Shown here: positions 50,313 to 59,627 of the stretch, piece after piece
How positions within the stretch are numbered: the first letter of the stretch is position 1
Layout: every line of letters starts with the position of its first letter
NCBI GenBank assembly: GCA_000965745.1
Contig: CP009479.1
Span: forward strand, 1,312,001-1,376,000
DNA: 64,000 nucleotides
Reading direction: 5' to 3'
Origin: an uncultured archaeon
GTDB lineage: Archaea; Thermoplasmatota; Thermoplasmata; Thermoplasmatales; Thermoplasmataceae
The notes under the pieces: generated by a model
Database searches by the model: none
Seen by the model: only the letters and a program-made list of their open reading frames with translations
What the model was told of the DNA's origin: nothing
Position numbers and translations under genes: made by a program

Positions 50313-50461
50313 TACTGTCCGCCTCTTCTCTCCTTGGCCTTGAACCTTAGTTCAGTGTACCCGCATTTTCTGCATCTCTTTGCGGTCGGGGCGTTTCTAG
50401 CATCGCACCTCATGCATATTTTCTTGTTCAGTCTTCTTTCAATTGCTTCTGCGAATGGCAT
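50312..50461 (-). CDS. rpl40e: 50S ribosomal protein L40e (49 aa; not in the ORF track)
   Basis: Manual translation [49 protein letters not shown]. Confidence 0.95.
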   Translation of the reverse strand: MPFAEAIERRLNKKICMRCDARNAPTAKRCRKCGYTELRFKAKERRGGQ

Positions 50462-50551
50462 GATTGTTCAACCTTTTATGTCATGTCCCGCCTTAATGGC
50501 AAAGGAACATGAATAGCGATAGTTACAGGGTATATATGGATTTAGCATTTG

Positions 50552-52120
50552 TCATATGATTCTAGGGACAATTATTTCCCACAACAAAAGGAAGATTACA
50601 ACTATATTCAGAACCCCCATAATCCTGTTAAGAACACTTTCTTTACTGAGGAACGATAGCGATTTCCTTCTTCCTGCTATCAGGAAAGTATCCTTGAAGA
50701 ACTGGTTCCCGTCAAGTATCAGCAGAGGGAGAGCATTTGTAACCCCAAGAAGTATGTTGACCCAGTATAACCAGAAGAGCATGTTGACCGTTCCCCAGAA
50801 CAATCCTGCATTGAACGGGGTGTGGAATAGCTGTGTAAGATGGTGTGGAACCGGGGAAAAGCCGGAAAGGGGCAGGGAAATGGACGACAGAAAACCATAC
50901 CAGGGGTCAGTGAATATGCTGCTCAGAAATATGACAGGCTTAATGTCACTGAGGGATACGCCTGTCAAACCGAGATAACTCGAAGTAACACCTATGAAGC
51001 TCTGGTTCTTGTACACATCTTTGTTTGCCGTTGGATCGAATTGCGAGTAGTATGAATACTTTGTAACTGTAGTCAGGTTAAAATTGTCCACAGTTTTAAC
51101 GAACCCCTGTGAGCTTTCGTTGTAGCTGACAGTTACTATGTGGACAGTGGTTCCTGGTGTGATATTGTCCAGTGTATTCTCCATCCCGTTTTGATTATAG
51201 ACTATGCTTCCATTGATTGAATATATAATGGAACCTGTTTTTATTCCCACTTGGCTGGCAGGGAAATCCTGGAGTGTGGATAATATGTTGACACCTGACG
51301 GGTACTGGATTGTCCTCACTGAGGTACCATTAAATACCTCCATGGGAACGAGCTTCCCCGGGGTTATGTTTGAGTTGGTGAACATATTGTTAAGGGCTAG
51401 TCCCGAATAATTCCCATAGGCAATCAGCTCTTCGCCAGGGTGAATGAGGGACTGGTAGGGCTGATCCGATGAAACCCCCTGGATGTAGACCCCCTGGTGG
51501 ATAGGTTGTGCCGCAGGCATCATGACCGCTGATAGAATAAGTACCATGGCGATTCCCAGCACTATATTGATTCCGGCACCTGCGCCAAATATTCTTCTCC
51601 TGACAACAGGGTCAGACTTCGTGATCTCTTCCTCGTCAGGCTCAACAAATGCTCCCATTGGAACAACAAAAAAGAGTATCCCCACTGAATTGACTTTGAG
51701 CCCATGCTTCCTCGCTACTATGCCATGAAAAACCTCATGTATTACAACTGAGATAGCAAAAGCTGGTATTCCGTACGTCACCGGAATTATCGGGTTGACT
51801 CCGGGAATGCCGAGATAATAGGTCAGGGGAGTGCTAGCTCTTACAGTTAGCGTAGTGCTTAGGTAGGCACCATAGAAGAGGAAGAAAATTGCAAAAATTC
51901 CAGTCGCGAGTACCAATGCAACTGAGAAACGCGAAAAACCTATGGCAGGAAATTTCTCAGCCACCCGGTCGAGGATACCACGGCGCTTTATTGCCTTTAT
52001 CATAAGAAGCGGTCCAAGAAGAGAGATCCTCTTACTCTTCTTGATAAAAGGGGATAGTATCATCAAAAGTATTATCCATGCAAAAATTACAATAATGGCA
52101 ATAAGGAGACCGTTAACCAT
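50552..52120 (-). CDS. Site-2 protease (M50) with PDZ-like extracellular domain
   Basis: HEVFH, GAFVEPD, AGAGIN, NALP...LDG. Confidence 0.92.
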   Translation of the reverse strand: MVNGLLIAIIVIFAWIILLMILSPFIKKSKRISLLGPLLMIKAIKRRGILDRVAEKFPAIGFSRFSVALVLATGIFAIFFLFYGAYLSTTLTVRASTPLTYYLGIPGVNPIIPVTYGIPAFAISVVIHEVFHGIVARKHGLKVNSVGILFFVVPMGAFVEPDEEEITKSDPVVRRRIFGAGAGINIVLGIAMVLILSAVMMPAAQPIHQGVYIQGVSSDQPYQSLIHPGEELIAYGNYSGLALNNMFTNSNITPGKLVPMEVFNGTSVRTIQYPSGVNILSTLQDFPASQVGIKTGSIIYSINGSIVYNQNGMENTLDNITPGTTVHIVTVSYNESSQGFVKTVDNFNLTTVTKYSYYSQFDPTANKDVYKNQSFIGVTSSYLGLTGVSLSDIKPVIFLSSIFTDPWYGFLSSISLPLSGFSPVPHHLTQLFHTPFNAGLFWGTVNMLFWLYWVNILLGVTNALPLLILDGNQFFKDTFLIAGRRKSLSFLSKESVLNRIMGVLNIVVIFLLLWEIIVPRII

Positions 52121-52140
52121 CTGAACACAGATTTATGTAA

Positions 52141-52278
52141 CCATAATAACGTTTTTCATAAATATTATGGGGACGTAGTTTGTAAATTGTCTGCCTATTG
52201 TTGTATTGACACGGAATTTTTCGACAATAGGTGAATTAAATTTCAAATATATATACCAAACGTCGATTGTCTAGACAA
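52141..52278. promoter_or_regulatory. Cluster of three inverted repeats in the S2P/fbp divergent intergenic region
   Basis: CCATAATA-N14-TATTATGG (52141-52170); CCTATTGTTG...CGACAATAGG (52194-52231); TTGTCTAGACAA (52267-52278). Confidence 0.4.
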
Positions 52279-52319
52279 CTCAACAAAAAACTTTTAGTAT
52301 TTGTGACCATAATAAAACC

Positions 52320-53477
52320 ATGAAGGTAACAATATCCCATATAAAAGCAGATATAGGAAGCCTTCCGGGTCACACTACCGTTCACCTGGATGTTCTTAAC
52401 GAAGTAAAAAATTACGTTGAAAAAAATGGAAAAGGAATCCTAAGCGACCATTACATAACCTTTGTCGGTGACGATATACAGATCACTATGATTCATGACA
52501 AGGGCATAGACAGTCCCGAAGTTCATGAACTTGCCTGGAACGCATTCAAGGCAGGAACAGCAGTAGCAAAGAAACTAGGGCTTTATGGAGCTGGCCAGGA
52601 TCTATTGAAAGATTCATTCTCTGGTAATGTGAAGGGGATGGGACCTGGTGTGGCAGAAATGGAGATTACCCCTAGAAAGTCGGAACCTTTCATAATCTAT
52701 ATGATGGACAAGACAGAACCGGGTGCATTCAACTATCCTATATACAAGATGTTTGCAGATCCATTCAACACCCCCGGGCTTGTAATCGATCAGAACATGA
52801 ACAGTGGCTTCATATTCGAAATCTGGGACATTATAGAAGGCAAGAAGATTTTCCTTGAAGCGCCTCAGAAGAGTTATGATATACTCGCAATGATTGGTTC
52901 CAAGAGCAAATATGTCGTGAAGCGGGTCATAACCAAGGAAGACCATGAAAAACTTCCAGACGAGAATGTAGCTGTAATCTCTACAGATAAACTTTCATTC
53001 ATAGCCGGAGAGTATGTCGGCAAGGATGATCCAGCAGGTATTGTAAGGATACAGTCTGGCCTTCCTGCATCTGGCGAAGCGCTTGAGGCATTTTCGCACC
53101 CGTATCTGGTTTCCGGTTGGATGAGGGGATCACACAACGGTCCGTTGATGCCAGTGGGCCAGAAGGATGCAAAGATGACAAGATTCGATGGGCCGCCTAG
53201 AGTAGTTGCCCTGGGTTTTGTAGTTAAAGATGGAAAACTTTCAGGCCCAGTGGACATGTTTGACGACACGGCATTTGACGGGGCAAGGCAAAAGGCTGTC
53301 GAAATGACAGACTATCTAAGAAGAATGGGTCCATTCGAGCCACACCGGCTTCCTGAGGAAGATATGGAATATACGTCTCTTCCAAGAGTCCTCGAGAAGC
53401 ACAAGTCACATTTTGAGCCTATTGAAAACGCCCAGAAAAAGAAGGAGATCAGAGTCGGCACAAAGGATGTCGACTAA
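52320..53477 (+). CDS. fbp: Fructose-1,6-bisphosphate aldolase/phosphatase (class V FBPase)
   Basis: KADIGS.PGH, VGDD, YGAGQDLL, DKTEPGAFN, YVGKDDP, GWMRGSH, RFDGPP. Confidence 0.96.
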   Translation: MKVTISHIKADIGSLPGHTTVHLDVLNEVKNYVEKNGKGILSDHYITFVGDDIQITMIHDKGIDSPEVHELAWNAFKAGTAVAKKLGLYGAGQDLLKDSFSGNVKGMGPGVAEMEITPRKSEPFIIYMMDKTEPGAFNYPIYKMFADPFNTPGLVIDQNMNSGFIFEIWDIIEGKKIFLEAPQKSYDILAMIGSKSKYVVKRVITKEDHEKLPDENVAVISTDKLSFIAGEYVGKDDPAGIVRIQSGLPASGEALEAFSHPYLVSGWMRGSHNGPLMPVGQKDAKMTRFDGPPRVVALGFVVKDGKLSGPVDMFDDTAFDGARQKAVEMTDYLRRMGPFEPHRLPEEDMEYTSLPRVLEKHKSHFEPIENAQKKKEIRVGTKDVD

Positions 53478-53484
53478 TCCGTTT

Positions 53485-55488
53485 TTATTTTGTCTCTATT
53501 TTTTCCTTGACATAATCCCTGACATCATAGAAGTAGATGTTATCGTACGGGCATGCCTGGAGGCATGACCCGGACCCCACGCATTTTGAGCTCTTGAAGT
53601 ACCCCTGTTTTATGAACTGTGAAGCAAGGTCGCCCAGACCAACCTCACAGTTCGTCACACAATCCTTAGTGGGGCATGTGACGCATGTCTGTGGACTCCT
53701 GACCTTGAGCTTGAACAGCCCTATCCTGCTGAAGAAACCCACGAACGTGCCCGTGGAACACCACCCATAACGCCTGCACGGGCTCATTCCGACGAAGGGG
53801 ATGGAAACAAAGAATATGTACCAGAGGAAGTTCCACACAAATGTGGTGTAGAATCCTGCTGTATCTATGCCAAATATGGTCAGCCCCGGAATGGATGTAA
53901 CAGAATAATATGAAATAACAGAGAACAGTATCGCAATGATCCATGAATTGTATGCTACCGTGAGCACAGAATCCTTGTACCTGCTTCCAATGTGTTTCCT
54001 GCTGAACTTGGACTCATAATTGTACGATATCATGCTCTGCCCGAGAGTGCCCCCGTACATCACTGCAGAAGGGCACAATGTGCTGCAGTAGCTTCTCCTC
54101 CCGAAAAGGAGCGCCAGGACCGCGAATATCACGTAGCTGAATACTATTCCAAAAACAAGGATGGGCAGAAAAGGCCCAAGCTCTCCTATGTTGGGCCAGA
54201 GTGGAAGCTTATAGGCCGACGATCCAAATAGGAATGTCCACCAGTCGCTCTGGAACCAGACAGTCCAGCCCCAGTATGCTGACAAGGCAAGGATTAGATT
54301 CCATTTCTTCTCCTTCCATTGGACATTCATCATCCTTATCACAACAAGTGTGCTCATCTCTAACCCCATTATGGTCCAGAACCATGGTGTGTCAGCAACT
54401 GCGCCTATGAAGTATGGGATTTCAACCAACATAGAAAGTGGAGAAAATTCGTTTACTCCTCCAAGATAATTGGAGAATGAAACCAGGTTTCCAAGTCCAC
54501 CCGGTTTGGCGGGAACGTAGAAATGGAACACTATGGCTGCAGAAAGGAACCATTCTGATATAAGGGAAGCCGATAAAATCCAAAAAAGAAATTTCTTGTT
54601 CTTGCCCCAACCTAATCTTTTTTCCCTCTCTTTTGTATCATTCAGGGAGCTCTTGAAATAAAACGCCATCCCCGCAACCATCGAGGCTGCAAAAAAGGAC
54701 CAGCTCAACCCGAATGGCCTTACAAACACCGTTCCTAGGAAAATTCCCAAAGTCATAAGGACAAAAATCAGGAAAAGATAGCTCAAATCACTCATTTCAC
54801 GGTTTGTGAGTGTCAATTTTCCCCGGGCAACCATTTCGAAAAGAATGGTCATAAATATTATCATGGCAGCAGCCTCAGTGAACAGCCCAGGCCCCACAAA
54901 TGAAGTATTCCCTGCAAGTACCGGGGAAAGAACCGCCATTGCCAGAAGTGAGAGTAGGATATTGCGGTGACTGCTTCTTGGCTTCACGGTAATGAGAAAA
55001 ACAGCCATCTCCACAGCCATCGGAATGATAAAGAGATACCCATTGATCCCAAGACTCATGAAATTTAAGAAGTCAAGGCCCAGATTACCACTCGGATATT
55101 GCATTCCGAATGCAAGGTAATAGACCAGGATGCCCATTGAAATTTCATTCCACAGAAGCAAGAGGATGAAGGTATTTTTTGCTTTTTGATTGAAAAGAAA
55201 GCTTTTCTTGGAGATTGCGAACCAGAATATGAGTATGATGGCAGCGGACATGGAAAGCATGGAAAAATTTACTGCGACAATTGTGTTCAGAAAAGTCCTT
55301 GCAGTGGCTACGTAATACGTTATTGAATTCAACATGCTCGCCATCATCACGAGCAATACAGTTACGAGTGCCCAGCTCTTGAAGTTGAATTTATCCCTGT
55401 TTCCGTGTGTGTATATTATAATGTATGAGATGAAAAGAGTCATCACAATCTCTATCACGGCAACAAAAGCTAGATCTCTCATCCACAC
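53485..55488 (-). CDS. Polytopic membrane protein with C-terminal 4Fe-4S motifs (FoxG/NapH/CcoG-like)
   Basis: Many TM helices; GRRSYCSTLCP, CRRYGWC, CVTCPTKDCVTNC, CVGSGSCLQACP. Confidence 0.82.
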   Translation of the reverse strand: MWMRDLAFVAVIEIVMTLFISYIIIYTHGNRDKFNFKSWALVTVLLVMMASMLNSITYYVATARTFLNTIVAVNFSMLSMSAAIILIFWFAISKKSFLFNQKAKNTFILLLLWNEISMGILVYYLAFGMQYPSGNLGLDFLNFMSLGINGYLFIIPMAVEMAVFLITVKPRSSHRNILLSLLAMAVLSPVLAGNTSFVGPGLFTEAAAMIIFMTILFEMVARGKLTLTNREMSDLSYLFLIFVLMTLGIFLGTVFVRPFGLSWSFFAASMVAGMAFYFKSSLNDTKEREKRLGWGKNKKFLFWILSASLISEWFLSAAIVFHFYVPAKPGGLGNLVSFSNYLGGVNEFSPLSMLVEIPYFIGAVADTPWFWTIMGLEMSTLVVIRMMNVQWKEKKWNLILALSAYWGWTVWFQSDWWTFLFGSSAYKLPLWPNIGELGPFLPILVFGIVFSYVIFAVLALLFGRRSYCSTLCPSAVMYGGTLGQSMISYNYESKFSRKHIGSRYKDSVLTVAYNSWIIAILFSVISYYSVTSIPGLTIFGIDTAGFYTTFVWNFLWYIFFVSIPFVGMSPCRRYGWCSTGTFVGFFSRIGLFKLKVRSPQTCVTCPTKDCVTNCEVGLGDLASQFIKQGYFKSSKCVGSGSCLQACPYDNIYFYDVRDYVKEKIETK

Positions 55489-55688
55489 GCTGATTTCAAA
55501 TTAATTAATAAGTATCACGCAAAGTTAGCAAAACCGACTTTCGAACTAAATACATAGTTTTGTGCAGTCCTGCGCTCATGTCCAGCAAAATAGTTATTTA
55601 AAATATTTATAGAGTAGGGCAACTCGGTGTTTTATAGCCTATTTTATCCCGAGAAAACTTAAATAAGTTATAACGATCGGACGGTTAT

Positions 55689-55937
55689 ATGCATACAGGC
55701 ACAAAAATTATGACGATTTTCGGAGCTATATCCACCATCGTCGGTTTTATTTCTTTCTATGTCTTGTCATATGCATTTTCCCGCTTTTTCGTAGGGGAAC
55801 CTGGACAGATTACTGCTGAGAACGCGACTTATTTTGTTGCAACAGGCATAGCAGTTGGTTTCTTCACGATAGCCATGGTGATTTACCCTATATACAAGCA
55901 TGGCGACCGCTCGCATGAATGGGAGGACTATAGATGA
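55689..55937 (+). CDS. Small two-TM protein, first gene of the oxidase operon (putative accessory subunit)
   Basis: Two hydrophobic helices; directly upstream of coxB. Confidence 0.65.
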   Translation: MHTGTKIMTIFGAISTIVGFISFYVLSYAFSRFFVGEPGQITAENATYFVATGIAVGFFTIAMVIYPIYKHGDRSHEWEDYR

Positions 55938-55963
55938 AAGGTATGACAAGGGGGTTATTATAA

Positions 55964-56410
55964 GTGGAAAAGAAAACGAAGATAGAAGCAATATTCATGC
56001 TTCTGATCATAGTGATTCTTGGGATATTTGCAGCGCAGCAAGCTTATGTTTCAGCTCATGAAATCCCTAATTCAATCGCGACACAATATAAGGGAAATGA
56101 GTCTGGTGCAACGCAGATACATGTTATAGGTGCGCAATGGAGCTGGACCTTCATATACGCAAACGGGACAAAAAGCGTGGACAATCTGACACTGCAAGCA
56201 AACACTACGTATCAGCTAGTAGTCACTTCTCAAGATGTTATACACGACCTCTATATAGGTCACATTGGCGTACAGATTTACGCTGTCCCTGGGCAGACCA
56301 ACACGTTGACATTCACAACCCCAAATCACCCGGGCCAGTATTTCTTTGAATGTGTAGAGTACTGCGGAAAAGATCATTACCTTATGAGGGGAATAATGAC
56401 GGTGACCTGA
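55964..56410 (+). CDS. coxB: Heme-copper oxidase subunit II (CuA, single TM)
   Basis: QWSW, DVIH, ECVEYCGKDHYLM CuA motif. Confidence 0.92.
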   Translation: MEKKTKIEAIFMLLIIVILGIFAAQQAYVSAHEIPNSIATQYKGNESGATQIHVIGAQWSWTFIYANGTKSVDNLTLQANTTYQLVVTSQDVIHDLYIGHIGVQIYAVPGQTNTLTFTTPNHPGQYFFECVEYCGKDHYLMRGIMTVT

Positions 56411-56411
56411 A

Positions 56412-58100
56412 ATGAGCACACTATCAATACTGATTGAAACAACAGTAATATTATCGGTTGTTTTCGTTGTTCTGGCTTATTTATATTATAAGCTGAGTAC
56501 TGCCAAAATGAGTCTCTCAAAGGCTGCAGATGCCAAGGGTTACGAGGACTCTGAATCTTACGTTACAGACATGATGGCAGGCAAACCGAGAAGACTCGAC
56601 TGGTCAATTTTATACATGAATGATTCCAAGAGCATTGGGCTCAGGTTCATATTTGCCTCTCTGATTTTCCTCTTTATAGGGGGTGCTTTTGGCGTCATGA
56701 TGAGGCTCAGTCTTACTGAACCAGTGCCTACCATCATACAGCCTGAAGTGTACAATGTTCTATTGACTGAGCACGCTACAATAATGATCTACCTGTTCAC
56801 GGTAGGAATGTCGCTGGGATTAGGGTTCTATCTTATCCCAACACAGATAAAAGCAGTCAGGGACAATATGGGAAATATCACTTCCGTAGCATTCTGGCTG
56901 TACCTTGTGGGTGGCATATTCTTCGTTATCTCAAGATCTGCATTCAGGTGGTACCTTTATCCTCCACTTTCGCTTCAACTTGCCCCATACGGTGCAGGAT
57001 CGGATGCCTGGTTGGGCATTCTTGCTATGGAGTTGATATTCATCGGAATATCGATGGCTAGCATAGTGGCGTTGAAAATAATCTTCCTTGACAGGTCCAA
57101 GGAAGTTCCTCTGAGCAGGTTGCCGCTTTTCACCTGGTCGATCGTGTTCACTCTCATAATGCTTATATCTTCTGACCCGCCAATAATGGTAGCTCTCGGA
57201 ATGCTGTTCTATGACTATTTCAACCCGGTCTTCTTTACGGCTGGCTCGCACAACGTTTTGCTATTCACAGACCTGTTCTGGTTCTGGGGGCATCCCATCG
57301 TGTATATAGCCATACTTCCCTTCTTCGGGATAATCTACGAACTTCTTCCAAGGTTCTCCGGGACGAAGATATACAGTTACAATTCCGGAGTGTTTGGCCT
57401 GGGCCTTCTTATGGTTCTCAGTGAACTCGTATGGGGGCACCATTTACAGAATTCCGGGCTTGGCCTCAACTGGGACCTCTTCTTCTCAATAGCATCCTTT
57501 GCTGTTGTAATACCCTCTGCAATAACTGTGTTTAACTGGATAGCAACACTTTGGACTGCTACTAGTATCCGCCTTACGACACCAATGATACTCGTTCTTA
57601 ACGGTATAATAGATTTCATAATCGGCGGTATAACCGGAGTTATGCTTGCCAACACCAGCGTCAACGAGATTCTACATGGAACATACGCAGTTACTAGCCA
57701 CTTCCATTATGTGTTTGTTGGAATCTCTTTAGGTATTACTCTGGCAGCATTCTACGTTCTATTCCCGACATTTTCTGGAGGAAGAACATACGATGAAAGA
57801 CTGGCAAGATGGAACGCATATCTTGTTGCATTCGGGTCTCTGTTAATGTCAACCTCCTGGGCAATAGGCGGATGGCTTGGCATGCCAAGGGCAGTGGATG
57901 GTTATTTTGCATGGTTTCAGCCATACCAGGTCGGAGCAATCATCGGCGGAGTAATTATTGGAATAGGGATGCTGGTATTCCTTTACAACATAGCAGTAAG
58001 CTGGTGGAAGGCCCCGTCTACTGACATGGACAACATAATAGAAAACCCGCCGGAAATCCCATCAGACACTTCCGGTGGGGCTATCGGAGGAGGAAGATAA
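56412..58100 (+). CDS. coxA: Heme-copper oxidase subunit I (B-family/ba3-like)
   Basis: TEHA, WFWGHPIVY, WGHH, SHFHY, GMPR. Confidence 0.93.
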   Translation: MSTLSILIETTVILSVVFVVLAYLYYKLSTAKMSLSKAADAKGYEDSESYVTDMMAGKPRRLDWSILYMNDSKSIGLRFIFASLIFLFIGGAFGVMMRLSLTEPVPTIIQPEVYNVLLTEHATIMIYLFTVGMSLGLGFYLIPTQIKAVRDNMGNITSVAFWLYLVGGIFFVISRSAFRWYLYPPLSLQLAPYGAGSDAWLGILAMELIFIGISMASIVALKIIFLDRSKEVPLSRLPLFTWSIVFTLIMLISSDPPIMVALGMLFYDYFNPVFFTAGSHNVLLFTDLFWFWGHPIVYIAILPFFGIIYELLPRFSGTKIYSYNSGVFGLGLLMVLSELVWGHHLQNSGLGLNWDLFFSIASFAVVIPSAITVFNWIATLWTATSIRLTTPMILVLNGIIDFIIGGITGVMLANTSVNEILHGTYAVTSHFHYVFVGISLGITLAAFYVLFPTFSGGRTYDERLARWNAYLVAFGSLLMSTSWAIGGWLGMPRAVDGYFAWFQPYQVGAIIGGVIIGIGMLVFLYNIAVSWWKAPSTDMDNIIENPPEIPSDTSGGAIGGGR

Positions 58101-58713
58101 TATGGAAGGAAACAAAGCAGGTGTGGGCGTTGTAATAATAATTGCCATTGTGGTAGCATTAAGCTTCTCTTATGTGCTTACAACTCCTACCGGATCACAG
58201 AAACAGACAATACCTTCAAACCCGGCTTATACAAACACTACATATCTATGGGCCGATGCAGCGGGCTGGAATTTCAACCATGGCGTTGTAAACCCAACAT
58301 TGAACTACACAGTCGGTACAGTTGTTACATTCAAGGTCACTGAAGCAGATACTGCTCCGCATACTCTCACGATAAACCCCGGAGGGTCTGTGTCGAATCC
58401 AATCAGTGGAGAGAGCAGGAGTGGGGCATACACCGTCCTGTCAATAGCTCAGATAACGCAAACAAAGGGACATCAGTCACAGGGCCAATTTTACTTCAGC
58501 AAACCGGGAGTCTACACCTATTGGTGCACGGTTCACCCGACAACAATGGTTGGTTTGATCTATGTCAACTCAACCTCTGGTTCTTCATCAGCAACAGTGG
58601 CTCCTCAATCAGTCCTTTCAGGACCGTCAAACATTAATCCTAATCTGCAATACAGTTCGTACTTGGATATGTACACCATATCTGGTACAGCTGGTGGAAC
58701 GTTTGAACTTTAA
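58101..58713 (+). CDS. Membrane-anchored type-1 blue copper protein (cupredoxin)
   Basis: N-terminal TM; PHTL; PGVYTYWCTVHPTTMVG (C-x2-H-x3-M); probable start at MEGNK after SD GGAGG (about 58102). Confidence 0.88.
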
Positions 58714-59569
58714 GCAATTTTCAAAGCTTTCAAAACTGGAAATCACGATGCTGATAGACATCGTGGCAATAGCTGCGTTTCTATCAGTACCAGATTCTTT
58801 TGGAAGAATTTTATTTATAATTCCACTTATCGTTTCCGGCACGCTCGCTTCCATGTCTGCGTCAATTATCAATAATGCATATGACACAGACATCGACACA
58901 GAAATGAAGAGAACCAGCTACAGAAACGAGATTATCAACCCCGATAATCGCGCATTTTATGCCGGCATTGCAACAGTTATGCTGGGAATTTCCATGGCTG
59001 TTTCCTACTACTTCCTTAATCTCCTGACCATGCTATTCATACTGGGGGGATTCCTCAGCTATGTATTCCTCTACACAATATTCCTGAAGAGAAGGACCAC
59101 CTGGAACATAGTGATAGGTGGAATAGCAGGAAGTTTTCCAGCCCTTGCCGGCTGGGCGGCATTGATGAATGACGTATCTCCTACATCTCTCTTCATAGCA
59201 TTCCTTGTATTCCTTTGGACACCAACACACTTCTGGAGTCTCGCTACCGGAAACCTGGATGACTACAGAAACGCAAATGTGCCAATGCTGCCAGCCGTTG
59301 TAGGGATCAAGAAAGGTGGTTTCTGGATCCTGGCAAACACAGTAGTTCTCGTAGCGTATTCGATAATACCGTTCGTTATCCCATCAATTGTAGTAGTGGG
59401 AATCCCATACTATTTCATTGCCGCAATAATGGACGTGATGATGATCTACTATGTTGCAAAACCTTATTTCGGGAACTCTGGAAAAGGCTACAGGGCGGCA
59501 TTCCATTTTTCCAATATGTATCTGCTGCTCATTCTTGTATCAATATGGTTTGCACACGTCACAGTCTGA
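58694..59569 (+). CDS. ctaB: Protoheme IX farnesyltransferase (heme o synthase)
   Basis: NNAYD.DID.EM.RT..R, YT..LKRRT.WNIVIGG.AG, WTPTHFW, DY..A.VPMLP; probable GTG start at 58694. Confidence 0.92.
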   Translation: MERLNFKQFSKLSKLEITMLIDIVAIAAFLSVPDSFGRILFIIPLIVSGTLASMSASIINNAYDTDIDTEMKRTSYRNEIINPDNRAFYAGIATVMLGISMAVSYYFLNLLTMLFILGGFLSYVFLYTIFLKRRTTWNIVIGGIAGSFPALAGWAALMNDVSPTSLFIAFLVFLWTPTHFWSLATGNLDDYRNANVPMLPAVVGIKKGGFWILANTVVLVAYSIIPFVIPSIVVVGIPYYFIAAIMDVMMIYYVAKPYFGNSGKGYRAAFHFSNMYLLLILVSIWFAHVTV

Positions 59570-59627
59570 ACTTCGATCAGCCACGTATTGGTGAGGCGCA
59601 AGGTGTGAAAACTCAATTGGGGAGAGC

